Position numbers and translations under genes: made by a program. A stretch of DNA of 64,000 bases from Cenococcum geophilum. Its lineage: Eukaryota. The stretch lies in assembly GCA_050273025.1 (NCBI GenBank), contig CP158635.1:25110001-25174000 (forward strand). The letters run 5' to 3'. Shown here in pieces: positions 52,302-64,000 of the stretch (the stretch's first letter is position 1; each line of letters starts with the position of its first letter). The notes under the pieces are model-generated. The model made no database searches. It was not told where the DNA came from and worked only from the letters and a program-made list of their open reading frames with translations.

Positions 52302-53511
52302 GGAGTCGATTTTAAAAAAATTTATACCTTTTTTCTACTATATCTATTTTTATTTATTCTAACTATTAGAGCTACTTAATATACACCTAATATATATATT
52401 TAAGGCCGTCGAAAACGGACTCTGCACCTGTACGTGGTGACGGCTACGAACCTAGGTCTTCGAAGTTCAGACCCAGAGCTAACGCAGAGACGTCGCATAG
52501 CGTGCGGACAGGACCTGGTGGTGGTTGTGGGCGTTAAGGGCGGTAGTGAAAAATTTTTGGATGGTGAGATCTTGAAAACCACTACTATTGGCCCTCTACA
52601 ATACGACGACTACCACTATTCTCCTATCTGGGGCACCTATACGATCCAACGTGGATATGTGGCACTCAATAAACATCCCCAAACCTCGACTGAAAGCATC
52701 GACGACCTCACATCGACGAACGAACGCGCGCACGAACGAACGAACGAACGAGCAAATATACGGCCCCTCCTAACCCCCAGGGCGATCGCCCGCGGAGCAT
52801 GCGGTCACTCGCCGTCTTACTACTAAATACTACCTAGCAGCCTAGATTGCGACCCACGGTTTTCCCCATTATCTTCTTTCGACGGAGTAGTGACCCTTAG
52901 GAAGGGCCTAGCTGGGGCCTAGGCACAAAAGATACCCAAATACAACATATCCCGCTCGCTTATTAGTATTACGGTGGTTAGAACGGATGAATCCCCCTTA
53001 CGCCTTCGGTGGCTCTAGGGGGGGGGAGGCAAGGCGTATATGGCAACGCAATGGTTATAGGAGATAGCATACAGGGGGTGGTCAAGATATGGGAAACGAC
53101 CGTACGGCAATCGATTAGCAAGGCCTAGCTGGGACGTAGTGAACCCTAGCTTTGGATAAGCTAGAGAAGGAAGCAGTGGTTCCCAAGGAGTTCGAACATC
53201 CAAGGAGGACAGGACGTAGCCGTAGGCCCGCAGGGCCGCCGCTACGGACGGACATGGCAAATCGGGGTTTTTCATCCTACTAAGGTGGCTCATAGGGTTT
53301 TTCCTCCCCCCCAGCAGCAAGGGTTTTTTCCCGTTAATATTACTTTTCCCTTGTGTACGGAGTAGTCTGCGTGGGGCTAGATAGCATCCGTATCAGACGT
53401 TAATCAAAGAAGAATTATTATTATATATTTAAAAAGTGGCATAAATTACAGATCGCTTTTGGTTAATATTTAACTTTAATCGGAATATTATAATAAGTAA
53501 AAATCGACTCC
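52302..53511. mobile_element. Putative non-autonomous element with 12-bp terminal inverted repeats
   Basis: GGAGTCGATTTT...AAAATCGACTCC, AT-rich subtermini, GC-rich and less RIPed interior; no convincing coding sequence. Confidence 0.55.
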
Positions 53512-53758
53512 ACGGTAGGGGTGTCAGGATTTTAGTGCGACGCAATTAGAATTTGGGCTTAAATAGCTATATAAATGTAATTTAAGAGTAAGGAGTTCGT
53601 GCGCGCGATTGTATAACGCTTTGGATAAGTGTAAGGCGTGTATACGAGCAGGTGGTTAACGTTGGGGTATGGGAACTTTAAAAGCTTCAAAGTCTACGAC
53701 TTCAAATTAAGAGCCTTACTCATTAAGATCTAACTGCAATGGGCCATAAATCCCTATA

Positions 53759-55649
53759 CAGTAAAACCGCGTTTTACCATTATCTCGGTATACCGTTCCT
53801 CTACGGTATACCGGTCAATAGCCAGGAACAGTTAATTTTACTATAGGCTTACGTTTAAATTTAATACGCCGTTACGTTTAAAGCCCTCTTATATAAGAAC
53901 GGTATAGCGCGAGTTATTATAGTGTTGAAACCCCTATTTTTAGGAGCTGATTTAGGCGCAATTTAGCGCTATGCATTAACCCCTTACTCTTAAGCCTATA
54001 AACCAGCACCGTAGCCATTAATATTTATTAATTTAACACCCCTCTTGCTATGGCGAAGCCTAAGGACCTTAAGCGCCTTTACTATTATAGTATTTTAGAG
54101 CGTAAGAGGTAGTAGATCTGAGTATACTGCTATAAGAACCCTAGAAAACCTTAGAGAGACGCTACTTACTATTTTACTGATTAATTTTAACGCCCTATAT
54201 AGCAGTCTATTATATTAGACTCCTTAAAGCCTAAATATAAGTACCTTAATTTACTAGTCCTTTAACGCGGCTAGGGTGGCTTTAAGAGGTATAGAGCTCC
54301 TAAGAATCCTAAGCTTAAAGAAGTGCTATTTAAATAGCAACAGCGTATATAGGCCGCTGCTATACTCGTTACTAGCGACCTTATTTAGGCTATAGTAATA
54401 AAGCTTTAGAATATAATGGCGTACTATTAGGGTTAATAGTAGCCTAGTTTCTTAAGCGGTTGGGTTAATAACTTTAAGAAGAGGAATTATATATTAAGAC
54501 GGAAGCTATATAGTAAGGCCGGGTTAGCTAATATAGAAGGCGCTTAGGAGTATATATAGGAGCTTAGAGCTATTATAAACGAGTACTTAAATTAGGATAT
54601 TTATAATATAGATAAGGTAGGGCTTTTTATAAAGCTACGCTAGATATAGGACTTATAACTAAAGGGTGATTAGGCACCAAAAAGTAGAAGGAGCGTATTA
54701 TAACCATCTACTGTAGTAACGCAGACGGCATCTATATTGTACCCCTGTAGATTATTAGAAAAGTAAAGAATCCTTAATGTTTTAGCAAGTACCGTAGCAA
54801 CCTAAGGGGCCTTAACTTCGCCTAGAGGTTTAATAAGAGGGCCTAGATAACGGCGTTAATATTCCTTAATTATATTAAGTAGTTTAATAGCTTAATAGGC
54901 GGTAGGAAGGTCCTCCTACTTATTAATTCTACTCCTAGCTACGCTACTAGTATAAATATAGTATTGGAGCTTGCTAGCTTACTTAATACTAGGGTTAAAT
55001 TCCTACCTAAAAACGTTACCTCTTTCTATTAGCCCCTAGATTAGGGTATAATTTAAACCTTTAAAGCCTACTACCGCTGCTACTAGCTATCCTATATAGT
55101 AGATTAGGTAGAATAAGATAGGAGCCCCCTTAAGTTAATAAACGTACTTAGGGCTATTTAATAGGCCACTACAGCTTAGTATAAGATTAGCCCTTAAACT
55201 ATAATAAATTGCTTTATATATTTAACAATCTTTAGACCCTATAAGGGCCCCTAGGGTTGGCTAAGCGGGTATAGCAAGCCTTAGCTTAAGGCCGAATTGC
55301 AGATATATATACAGCAGCTTAGCCAGGTAGGGCAAATTAGGCAGTTAATGGCTATTAGTAGCTTTATTAATCTAGAGGGGGAGGACACCTTAGTAGAGCC
55401 TAAGGCATTATTAAATTAGGAAGCAATTAAGGCCTTAATTATAGCTTTATATAATAAGCCAAATAATAAGGAAAGCGATACTAATAAACTATAAGTTATT
55501 AAGCTTAATAAGGCTTTAGATGCACTAGAGCGCCTTAAGCTCTATAAGGGGTAGTAAGAGGTAGGTAATAGGGCTCTAATTACAACTCTTATAAAGGTAG
55601 AGAGAGTAATTCGAGGCCGTTAAGCTGTATAAGTAAAGCAGACGACTAT
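53759..55649 (+). mobile_element. pogo/Tigger-type Tc1/mariner DNA transposon, 3' end interrupted by Gypsy
   Basis: TA|CAGTAAAACCGCG left end; ATG at 54050; CENP-B-like HTH (ELEEVLFEW...FS.GW..NFKKR); DIYNMDE.GLF, KERIT...CxNADG, AWMT, LLLID...GH, FLPKN.TS..QPLDQGII..FKAYYR. Confidence 0.9.
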
Positions 55650-58600
55650 TGTTACGGACGCTTTAAGTACGATGTTACGACTACTAGGAGAGGAGTTGGA
55701 AGCAGCTAGTTAGTTAATAGAGGCACGGTCTGGGATAGAACCGGTTAAGCTATGTGACGAGGAATAGTAACCAAAGTCACGTGATATGATCTGTATAATC
55801 TATGTAATCTATATAATCTATAACAGAGTAGATAGAGTACGCGTACCTTACGTATAAGAAGGATTTCTTAGGAGTATGGTTATGTATTTAAAGGACCTTA
55901 GTCCCTACCTTAGATAGTTCCTTCCTTATAGTAAATCTTAGAATATAATTAGAGTTAATCTATTAAGCACCTTACTCCATTAGGACTTATATTAATTAAT
56001 TATTTATCTATATACCTAGCTTAAATATAGTACTCCCTATAGTACTTCCTATAAGGTTCCGTAATATATTTACTACTAAGGTTATAGTAAACAGCAAGTT
56101 AATAAGATGCCACCTAAAATACTAATTACAACACCATCTATAGTAGCAACAACCTTAGGCGATAGAGATACTAGCATGCTAAGTAATTTAGACATTATTA
56201 TAATAAATCAGCTTAGGAGTGTTATTAAGTAGAACGATGCTAACTAGTAGGTACGATAATAGCAACTGCTAGATATAAGAAGAGAAAAGATTAAGATGCT
56301 ATTAATTAAGAGGTTTTTAGGAGAAAAGTATAAGCTAAAAGGATTCTTAACGTAGATTAAGTTAAAGGTATATTATAAGGGAACTAAGCTAGCTAACGTA
56401 TTAGACTAAGTAGCGTATGTAGGATTGTTCTTAATAGGTTAGGCACTAGAGTAGTTTAAACCCTATCTTATAGAGATATAAGCGAAAAGGTTAACTACTA
56501 CTAATTTAGAGGTATAGTATATATTCTTAAGCTAGGAAGGATTTGCTAGTAGACTAATATAGATATATAGAGATCTGGAATTAATAGCTACTGTAGAAGG
56601 GAAGCTTTACTAACTTATATAGAGGGAATTAGTAATAGACTATATAACGTAGTTCTAAATACTAGTAGCGCAGACTAAGTGGAACTAAGGGGCGTTAATA
56701 GCTTAATACTAACGCGGATTAAAGACTAAAGTTTAAAGTATTATAATACTAATAGATAACCTAAGCGATATAAGGGAGTTAATTAAATAAGCTATTAAGG
56801 TAGATAACCGGCTATACTAAAGTAAGAAGTTAGGAAGAATATAATAGGGACCGATATATATAAGAAAGATATAATAGGTGTCTAAACTATAGTATAGCGT
56901 AGAGCTAATAGACCTAAGCGGTACTAAGGAGGGCTAAGGTCGAAATAAAAGATTTAGAAAGCCTAGCGAAATAATATAGCGCTTAAGAGGCTCTAATAAT
57001 TAGAAACCTAGGGAGTAAGGGCCAAACTAGGGATCTTAGTAGTAGAAGATATTTAGGTGGACTCTATAATAGAAATAGTAGTTTAAAGATAGAGCTTATA
57101 TAAATTATAGGAAATAAGGTTATTTCGCTAAAGACTATAGAGGTAGTTAGAGTAACTATATAGTAAAAGGAACTAGACTAGTAGACTATATATATATATA
57201 TAAAGGGATAATAATATACTACAAGGAACTAAAGAGTGTTTAATTAATAGTTTTACGTTTTATTATAATAATATATACTAAATTTATAAAGACGCTAAGT
57301 ATAATATAAGCTATTAGCTATAAGAACCTAAGTTAAATAGACTTAGGGGTATATAAGAGTTAGATAAAGAACTTAATAGACTCTATAAACTAGATTAGGA
57401 TAAAGATAGTATAGTAAGCTAGTAGTTAGTAGAGAAAGTTCTTACGCACTATTTCTAATAAGCGGTAAGATCTAAGGATTAAAATAATTAGATTATTAGT
57501 AGTAATAATAAGGTAATAAAGGCGGCTTACTAGGAGTATATAGACCTTAAGAACATAATAATAGAGGTAGAGGTTAAATTAGTAATAGAGACTAAATTAG
57601 TAATAGGGATTAAGACTCTATTAGACACGGTATCTATTACTTTATAAGACGGGAGAAGAGGAAAGTTTTAGAGTAAACTAAGTAGATAAATATTTAATAT
57701 TGCTACCTTACTACTTAATAAAGGTAAAAAGCTATAGGCTTAAGATTCTTAAGACGAGATAAGAGAAGCTTAAGACTCTTAAAGTAAGATAAGATATACC
57801 TAAGACTCTTAAGATAAGATAAGGAAGGCTTAAAAACCTATAATAGACGAAAACTAATAGGAGAGAGTAATAGCTTAGTTTAGTAATATATAAATAAGTA
57901 CCAGAAGAAAGTTCCTAGACGGTAGTCTAAGATTTAGAGAATAAATAGTAACTAGCGTATAAGGCGGATAAGATATCCAGCCTAAAGGTTAAAAAGTTAA
58001 TATAGCAATTAAGAAGTAAGAGGACTTTAAGGATCTAGCTAAAGGTAGGAAGCTAAAAGAAAGTATAGAAGAATTTAGATAATAAATCTTTATATAGTAA
58101 AGGTATAAGATAAGAGTAGAAATGCTAGGTTACCTAAGATACAGGGTACTAATATAAAGAGTTACTAATAGGCCTAGAGTAGGGATACCTAGAGTAAAAT
58201 AGCTAACTAAACTAGAAGAAGAAGAGGATCTAGGGATTCTAACTAGGTTTAAAGAAAGATATACTAAGGGTTATTATAATGCAGTAATAATAAGATACTT
58301 CCTTACAGATAGGATATATATACTTAATTAATTATATAAAAAGTGGTATAGATAGCGATATAGTAATAAGTAGGAAGACTTCTATATATAGTTAGATAAA
58401 TAAGTTATTTAGGACTAAGCTATTATAGAAAAACGTATAAGTTATATTAAAGGAGCATTAATTATAATATTAAAAAATCTAGAGGATAGATTAGGAGACT
58501 AGAGAGACGATAGATAAATCTTAGTACTAGCAAATAAGAAACTAATATTTAGATTACCTAGAGAGAGGTTTAAACTTAAGGATAAAGATAAATCTAGAGT

Positions 58601-61600
58601 TAACCTAAAGCACCTAGCGCATTATATATTAGTATAGATTATATATATAGATAACTAGTATAAAATATATAAAACGCTAAAGGCGAAAAACTAGAAATAC
58701 CTAACTAGGATATAGTAGGCACCTAATAAAAAGAAATATAGGAATGCTAAGTATATATATAGCTGGTATCTAGTAGATATTTAAGAAATAAATAATCTAA
58801 TACTTTAACTAGGAAGATACCTAATAGAAGAATGCTTAGATAGATAATAGTAGTAGGAATACCTAGAGAATACGTATCTATAGTATATTAAAGATAAGAA
58901 ATAAACTAGATATTAGCTAATAAAGAAGCTAGATATATTAGGATTAAGTAGCTAATAGTTAGGAAAAGGAGAGGCCTATAGGACTAGAGGGAACTAGTAG
59001 TAGAGCCTTAGACCCTTAAAGGAATTTAAGGACGGTACCTAAATTTATAAGTTAATTAGCAAAATTAGTAATTTAAAGTGCTAGTAGATAGTAGAGCAAT
59101 AAGGAACTATATCTTACTAGTAATAGTTAAGCGGATAGGGCTACTGTAACGTGTCCCGCCCGCACGTCGCCATACGGCTAAAAAGACAGAGAGTGCTTGC
59201 GAACTTGTCGTAAGCGTGGCGGGATCCAATATATGTACTCTTACAATTGCCCTCCCCTCTGCGCGTTCGTCCTCGAACGCCAAGCCGCAGGGGGTCCACA
59301 CACTAAGAGTCGCACCATATATTGGGAGTCCCCAGTAACGAAGGCCGCTTGAAACTCAAGCCGTATCGGACACAGCCGACGCCTCTTCGCACGGATGCGC
59401 GTTAGACTGTACCAGAGCGAAGCATACGACCGTCGGGAGTCGAACCTACGACCCACCTAGCGACGGACCATACCTGGCTCCAGTAAGTTCGCAAGCACAA
59501 TTGTAACGTGTCCCGCCCGCACGTCGCCATACGGCTAAAAAGACAGAGAGTGCTTGCGAACTTGTTGTAAGCGTGGCGGGATCCAATATATGTACTCTTA
59601 CAGCTACCTTATAGATAGAAGGAGCGGCTATACTTACTAGTAATAATCTTAGGAGATCTAATAGCCTATAGAGGAGGTATGATTAATCTTAAGATAGGAC
59701 CTATTTAGATAACTATTAAAGGAAGATAAGTTATAATATCTTTTAATATCTTACTATTAGGAAAGGATAAGGCAGTATTAGGTATACCTTAGTTATAGGA
59801 ATACAATCTAAAGATTAATTAGGTTATAGGTTAGGTTAATATTAAGGACACTTAATAACGTAAGATGCGATAATAAACTAAGTTAGTATAGTACTAAGTT
59901 AGAGTAATATACAAGGAGACTAAGTAAGGCTTAAGTTACGTACTAAAAAGATACTATAAGTATGGTAAGAAACTATAGAGCCTAGAAAGTAAGAAGCTAT
60001 TAGAGTATATAGTATAGGACTATAAGATAGAGTTAGAACTAGGAACTAGTCTAAGGTTCTACCTAACTTATAAGCTAACTAAGAAAGAGTCTTAGGCGCT
60101 TAAGGAGTTTATCTAAGAAAACTTACGAAAGGGATATATTAGACTATTATAGTTATTAGCGGGTTATCTAGTACTATTTATACTAAAGAAGAACAGTAAA
60201 CTTAGACTATATATTAACTATAGATAGTTAAATAGCATTATAAGAAAGGATAGGTATCCTTTACCCTTAATTAGCGAAATCTAAGATAGGATAGGTAATA
60301 TAGAGATCTTTATAAAGATAGATCTAAGATAGATATACCATTAGATTAGAATTAAGGAAGGCAATAAATAGAAGGTAGCCTTTAGGTTAAAGGAAGGACT
60401 ATATAAACTATTAGTTATACAATTTAGGCTTATAAACACACTAGTAACGTTTTAGAAGCGGATTAATAATATATTAGGAGAACACCTAGATAAATTTATT
60501 ATAGTATACCTTAATAATATTATTATCTACTTAATAAGCGAAGAATAATATAGAGAATATATTAAATAGGTCTTAAAGAGACTATAAGAAGAATAAATAC
60601 TAGTAGCAATTAAGAAATGTAAGTTCTTTATAAGAAAGATAGATTTTATTAGATTTATTATAGAACTAGGAAAGATTAGTATAGACCTAAAGAAAGTTAA
60701 AGCTATAGTAGATTAGCAAGAACTAGAGAATATTACACAGTTAAGATTATTTCTAGGGTTTTGTAATTACTATAGGAGGTTTATTATATAATAGTTAAAG
60801 AATATTAAGCTGTTTATAAGGCTTATAAAGAAGGAGGAACTATAGAGATGGGGAGATAAATATAAGAAGTTGTTTAAGGAACTTAAAGAGTTATTTACCT
60901 AAGAACTAATCCTTAAAATCTATTAACTAAGGTTAGATACGATTGTTAAGACGGATATATTAGACTTTATACTAGGAGCATACTTACTATAGAGGTATTA
61001 GGACGTATAGCACCTAGTAGCGTATTATAGTAGAAAAATAATACTATTAGAACTAAACTATAATATCTATAATAAGGAGTTATTAGGTATAGTTATAGTA
61101 CTAAAGAAATAGAGAGCATTCTTATAAGGTATGGAAAAACCATTTATAGTTAAGACGGACTATAAGAACCTTACGGGATTCCTAATAATAAAGGAACTTA
61201 ACTAAAAATAGGTTAGATAGGCAGAAATGCTTATAGAATACTATTTTAAGATTTAGTATACTAAGGGTATAGAGAATATACGAGTAGACGCTCTAAGTAG
61301 GAAAGCTAAACTATAAAATAATAAAAAGCTATTAGGGGCTTTATTACGTAAAGACGAAGATAGATTAATTAGATATAATTATCTAAAGTTAGTAGTAACT
61401 TAAAAAGAATTAGAAAAAGTCTATAAGATACTAGAGAGCTTTTAGGTATAAAGGATCTTAAAAGTATAACTAGAGGAGTAACTAGAGAATCTAGAGGTAG
61501 AAATATACGAGCACTAAGATATAAAGTATATCCTAAGTAGTATAGTAGAGTATTTCGTGGAAGACTTTTATAAGGGAATAACTTAGGGGTATAATAGAGC

Positions 61601-62197
61601 TATAAGCTTAGTATTAAGACTCTAGGAGGAGTATATTATTAACGGAATTTAGGGTATAGTATAGAAAGTTATAAAGGAATGTCTAGATTACTAAAGGAAT
61701 AAACTAATAAGATATAAGCTATATAGAGGGCTATAACCTATTAAAATACTAGGGAAACTATAGGAGGTTATATTATAGGACTTTATTATAAAGTTACTAA
61801 AGTTAAGAGATTCTATTACTAGATAAGATTATAATATAATTTTAGTAATAGTAGATAAGCTAATAAAGTAGGGATACTTTATAGTATATATAGAAGAAAT
61901 CTTAGTAGAAGATATCGCTAGAATCTATATTAAGGAAGTGTTTATAAGATATAGAGCACTAAGTAAAATTATATCGGATAGGGATCTAAGATTCGTAATA
62001 GTATTCTAAGAAGTATTCTTAGTAGAATAAGGGGTTTAAGTAGTAATATTAACTGTATATTACCTATAGACAGATAGTTAAATAGAAAGACTAAACTAGA
62101 TACTAGAATAGTATCTAAGGCATTATATTAATTATATATAGAATAATTAGGTATCGCTATTACTAGTTATATAGTTTATATATATTATAACATCAAT
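55650..62197 (+). mobile_element. Third Ty3/Gypsy LTR retrotransposon (heavily RIPed, interrupted in integrase)
   Basis: 5' LTR TGTTACGGA...TCCGTAATA at 55650-56066; gag ATG at 56107; zinc knuckle near 57095-57140; protease LVDSGA near 59080; RT YLDDII near 60505; RNase H; integrase up to QFAY near 62175. Confidence 0.92.
59145..59602 (-). mobile_element. TRIM (terminal-repeat retrotransposon in miniature), 458 bp
   Basis: 101-bp TG...CA direct repeats (59145-59245, 59502-59602) with one mismatch; TSD GCTAC; minus-strand PPT gaggggagggc; non-coding interior. Confidence 0.95.
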
Positions 62198-62384
62198 GGG
62201 CGTCGCTTTAGTGAGAAATGAATGTTTTAAAAATCAAATTTTGTATATTTTTACGAGCGATGTCCTAACCACGAGAGTTATTATATATTTTATTGGATAT
62301 ACTATAGACACATATTCTTTAGGTATTCCCACTACTATTATCCATCTAAGTATTCTTCCGTAAGGAATCTTTTTAATTAAAGTA
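62198..62384. mobile_element. Unidentified segment interrupting the Gypsy integrase (possible DNA-transposon end or LINE 5' leader)
   Basis: Abrupt switch at gggcgtcgctttagtgagaaatg to less RIPed non-coding sequence; partner end not in the window. Confidence 0.35.
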
Positions 62385-64000
62385 TTAGAGGAGCTCTTGC
62401 TGTACCCGGCCCAAAAAGACCAAAAACAACCAAAAGAACCCTGAAAAACACCCAGAGAATCCCCCTAAGATGCATGCATCGCAGGGGAGACATACGTTAA
62501 ACGACGGTGGTTCGCACTCGCGCGCGCCCACCAGAACCACGCCTAGCAATAGCCCTCTACAATAAGAATGGGCGAATACCACACTATAAAACGGAAAGAC
62601 CTCTATTAAGAAGGCATCTAACAAAATATAAAGCCTATTAGATGCGTCTAGTATCCGTAGTTACGGGGGAGCGACCGTCAGCTATAATAAACTAATACAG
62701 CTAGTAGAATGGCTCCGCCAATCTAGTGTACCTTAGGCACCCCTTTAGCAAACCCTTAACTAAATCCTCTAACGGCTAAGCAAAATCAAAAATAAATAAA
62801 ATCCCTCCCTACTAGCGAACCGCACCTAGGCCGCCATAGCTGTGCCTCTATAGCATAGGGAGCTTACCCCCCTAAAGATAATATCCGGATATATAATTAC
62901 AATATAACCAAATATAGAGAAAGTAGAGGGGCTTAGGGGATAATTAGAAATAGAAGTCCTTATAGAAATTTATAAAGAGGTCTATAACGCCATTATAGTC
63001 TAACACCTTAGGAGTGGAGATATTAGAGTTACTCTAAGGGACCAATAGGCAAAGGAACGAGCTATAAGGGCAGGGGATAGGCTAGGAGAACGTATTGGCA
63101 TAAAAGTGCTCCGTAAAGATTACCCAGTTAAAGTCCCAGTGGTTCCCCTAAGCCTTAGGGTAGAAAAGGGACGCTAGGCGGACAATACGGCAACTATATA
63201 TAAGATAGTAAAATAAACGGAACGCCTTATATTAGGACTTAAGATCACCTAAATCCAATGGCTTTAATAGGAAAATGTAAACTAAGCATATAATAAAAAT
63301 AATAAAAGAATATAAGGGTCGCTAGAGACTCGCTAGGGAGATGCCGGTCGAACGCATAGCTCCCTTATTGTTAATATATATACACTAGGAATGCAAAAAC
63401 TCCTTATCCAAAAAGGTATTATTATAAATGGCCTTATATACGACGTAAGGCTCTATAACTATAAACTCCGCCTAAAATAATGCTACCGCTGCGCATAATA
63501 GGGACACACCTAATCCACATGCGCAGTATAGGTGTGCTGCGGCCACTGTACAGGCCCCTATAATATAAGAAACTGCTTAAATTAAGACCAAATAAAATGC
63601 GCAAACTGCTACCGAAGCACATATAAGGCGTGGGAGAGAGGAGACTACATTAAATATAGGAGACGGAAGGTAAGGGCTTAACAGCTACGGGAATAACTGC
63701 ACGCTAGGTTATATAAATGGAAACAATAGGCGATAAGCTAGGGGGGCGTAGGTGCCTTTCTAGTATTTCCTACCTTTAACACCAGGGGGCTAGGCTAGCC
63801 ATCCTAAGCCTTAACGGGCTAGAAGCGTCGCCGCGTGATATTACCAGACTGTATAGGGATATAAGGGTTATAGGGGACACAAGGGAGAGGACGCCCTATA
63901 GGAAGACTATTATGGACAGCTATAGCAAGCTTAAGACTAGGATAATTAAGAATTAGACTTAACGCGGCAAATATAACATTTATAGCCGACTCTTAAAGGG
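62385..64000 (+). mobile_element. Tad1-like non-LTR retrotransposon, ORF1 (gag-like), continues past the window
   Basis: ATG at 62470; triple zinc knuckle C.RC...GH / CGHC.G.H / CANC...H.AW at 63481-63640; RIP stops. 5' boundary approximate. Confidence 0.8.

Noticed and set aside
52434..53320. GC-rich ORFs (130, 101 aa) or an rRNA fragment
   Set aside because: No recognisable protein motif or rRNA signature; ORFs are expected by chance in the less RIPed interior.
59428..59485. Bona fide tRNA gene
   Set aside because: Only a B-box/T-arm is evident; I could not build an acceptor stem or anticodon arm.
1..64000. Alternative genetic code or stop-codon readthrough
   Set aside because: TAA/TAG replace both Gln and Trp codons and come with genome-wide C>T/G>A missense changes and LTR-pair transitions; this is RIP.

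Overview
This is fungal (ascomycete-type) DNA almost completely inactivated by repeat-induced point mutation (RIP): C>T/G>A transitions and TAA/TAG stops at Gln/Trp codons are everywhere, and no intact gene was found. Proteins quoted below are my manual back-corrections of these transitions, not database hits. Mobile DNA comprises two full-length minus-strand chromovirus Ty3/Gypsy elements with 5-bp TSDs (10582-16772, 39106-44979), several solo LTRs, and a nested cluster at 51-64 kb (PIF/Harbinger, a short-TIR element, pogo/Tigger, a third Gypsy, a 458-bp TRIM, a Tad1-like LINE). Between them lie RIP-killed cellular genes: ferric reductase, vWA protein, F-box/ankyrin protein, a small secreted Cys protein, a conserved glycine-rich protein, an AA11 LPMO, F-box-like paralogues and an alpha/beta-hydrolase-NB-ARC-TPR NLR. 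The most unusual structure is a ~9.6-kb foldback-like unit (27192-36767). Its two ~2.2-kb inverted arms are built from nested tandem repeats and enclose the NLR, and the two ends of the enclosed DNA occur joined together in an adjacent inverted copy. Also notable is an essentially un-RIPed TRIM with a Tf1-type self-priming site and a tRNA-like B-box.
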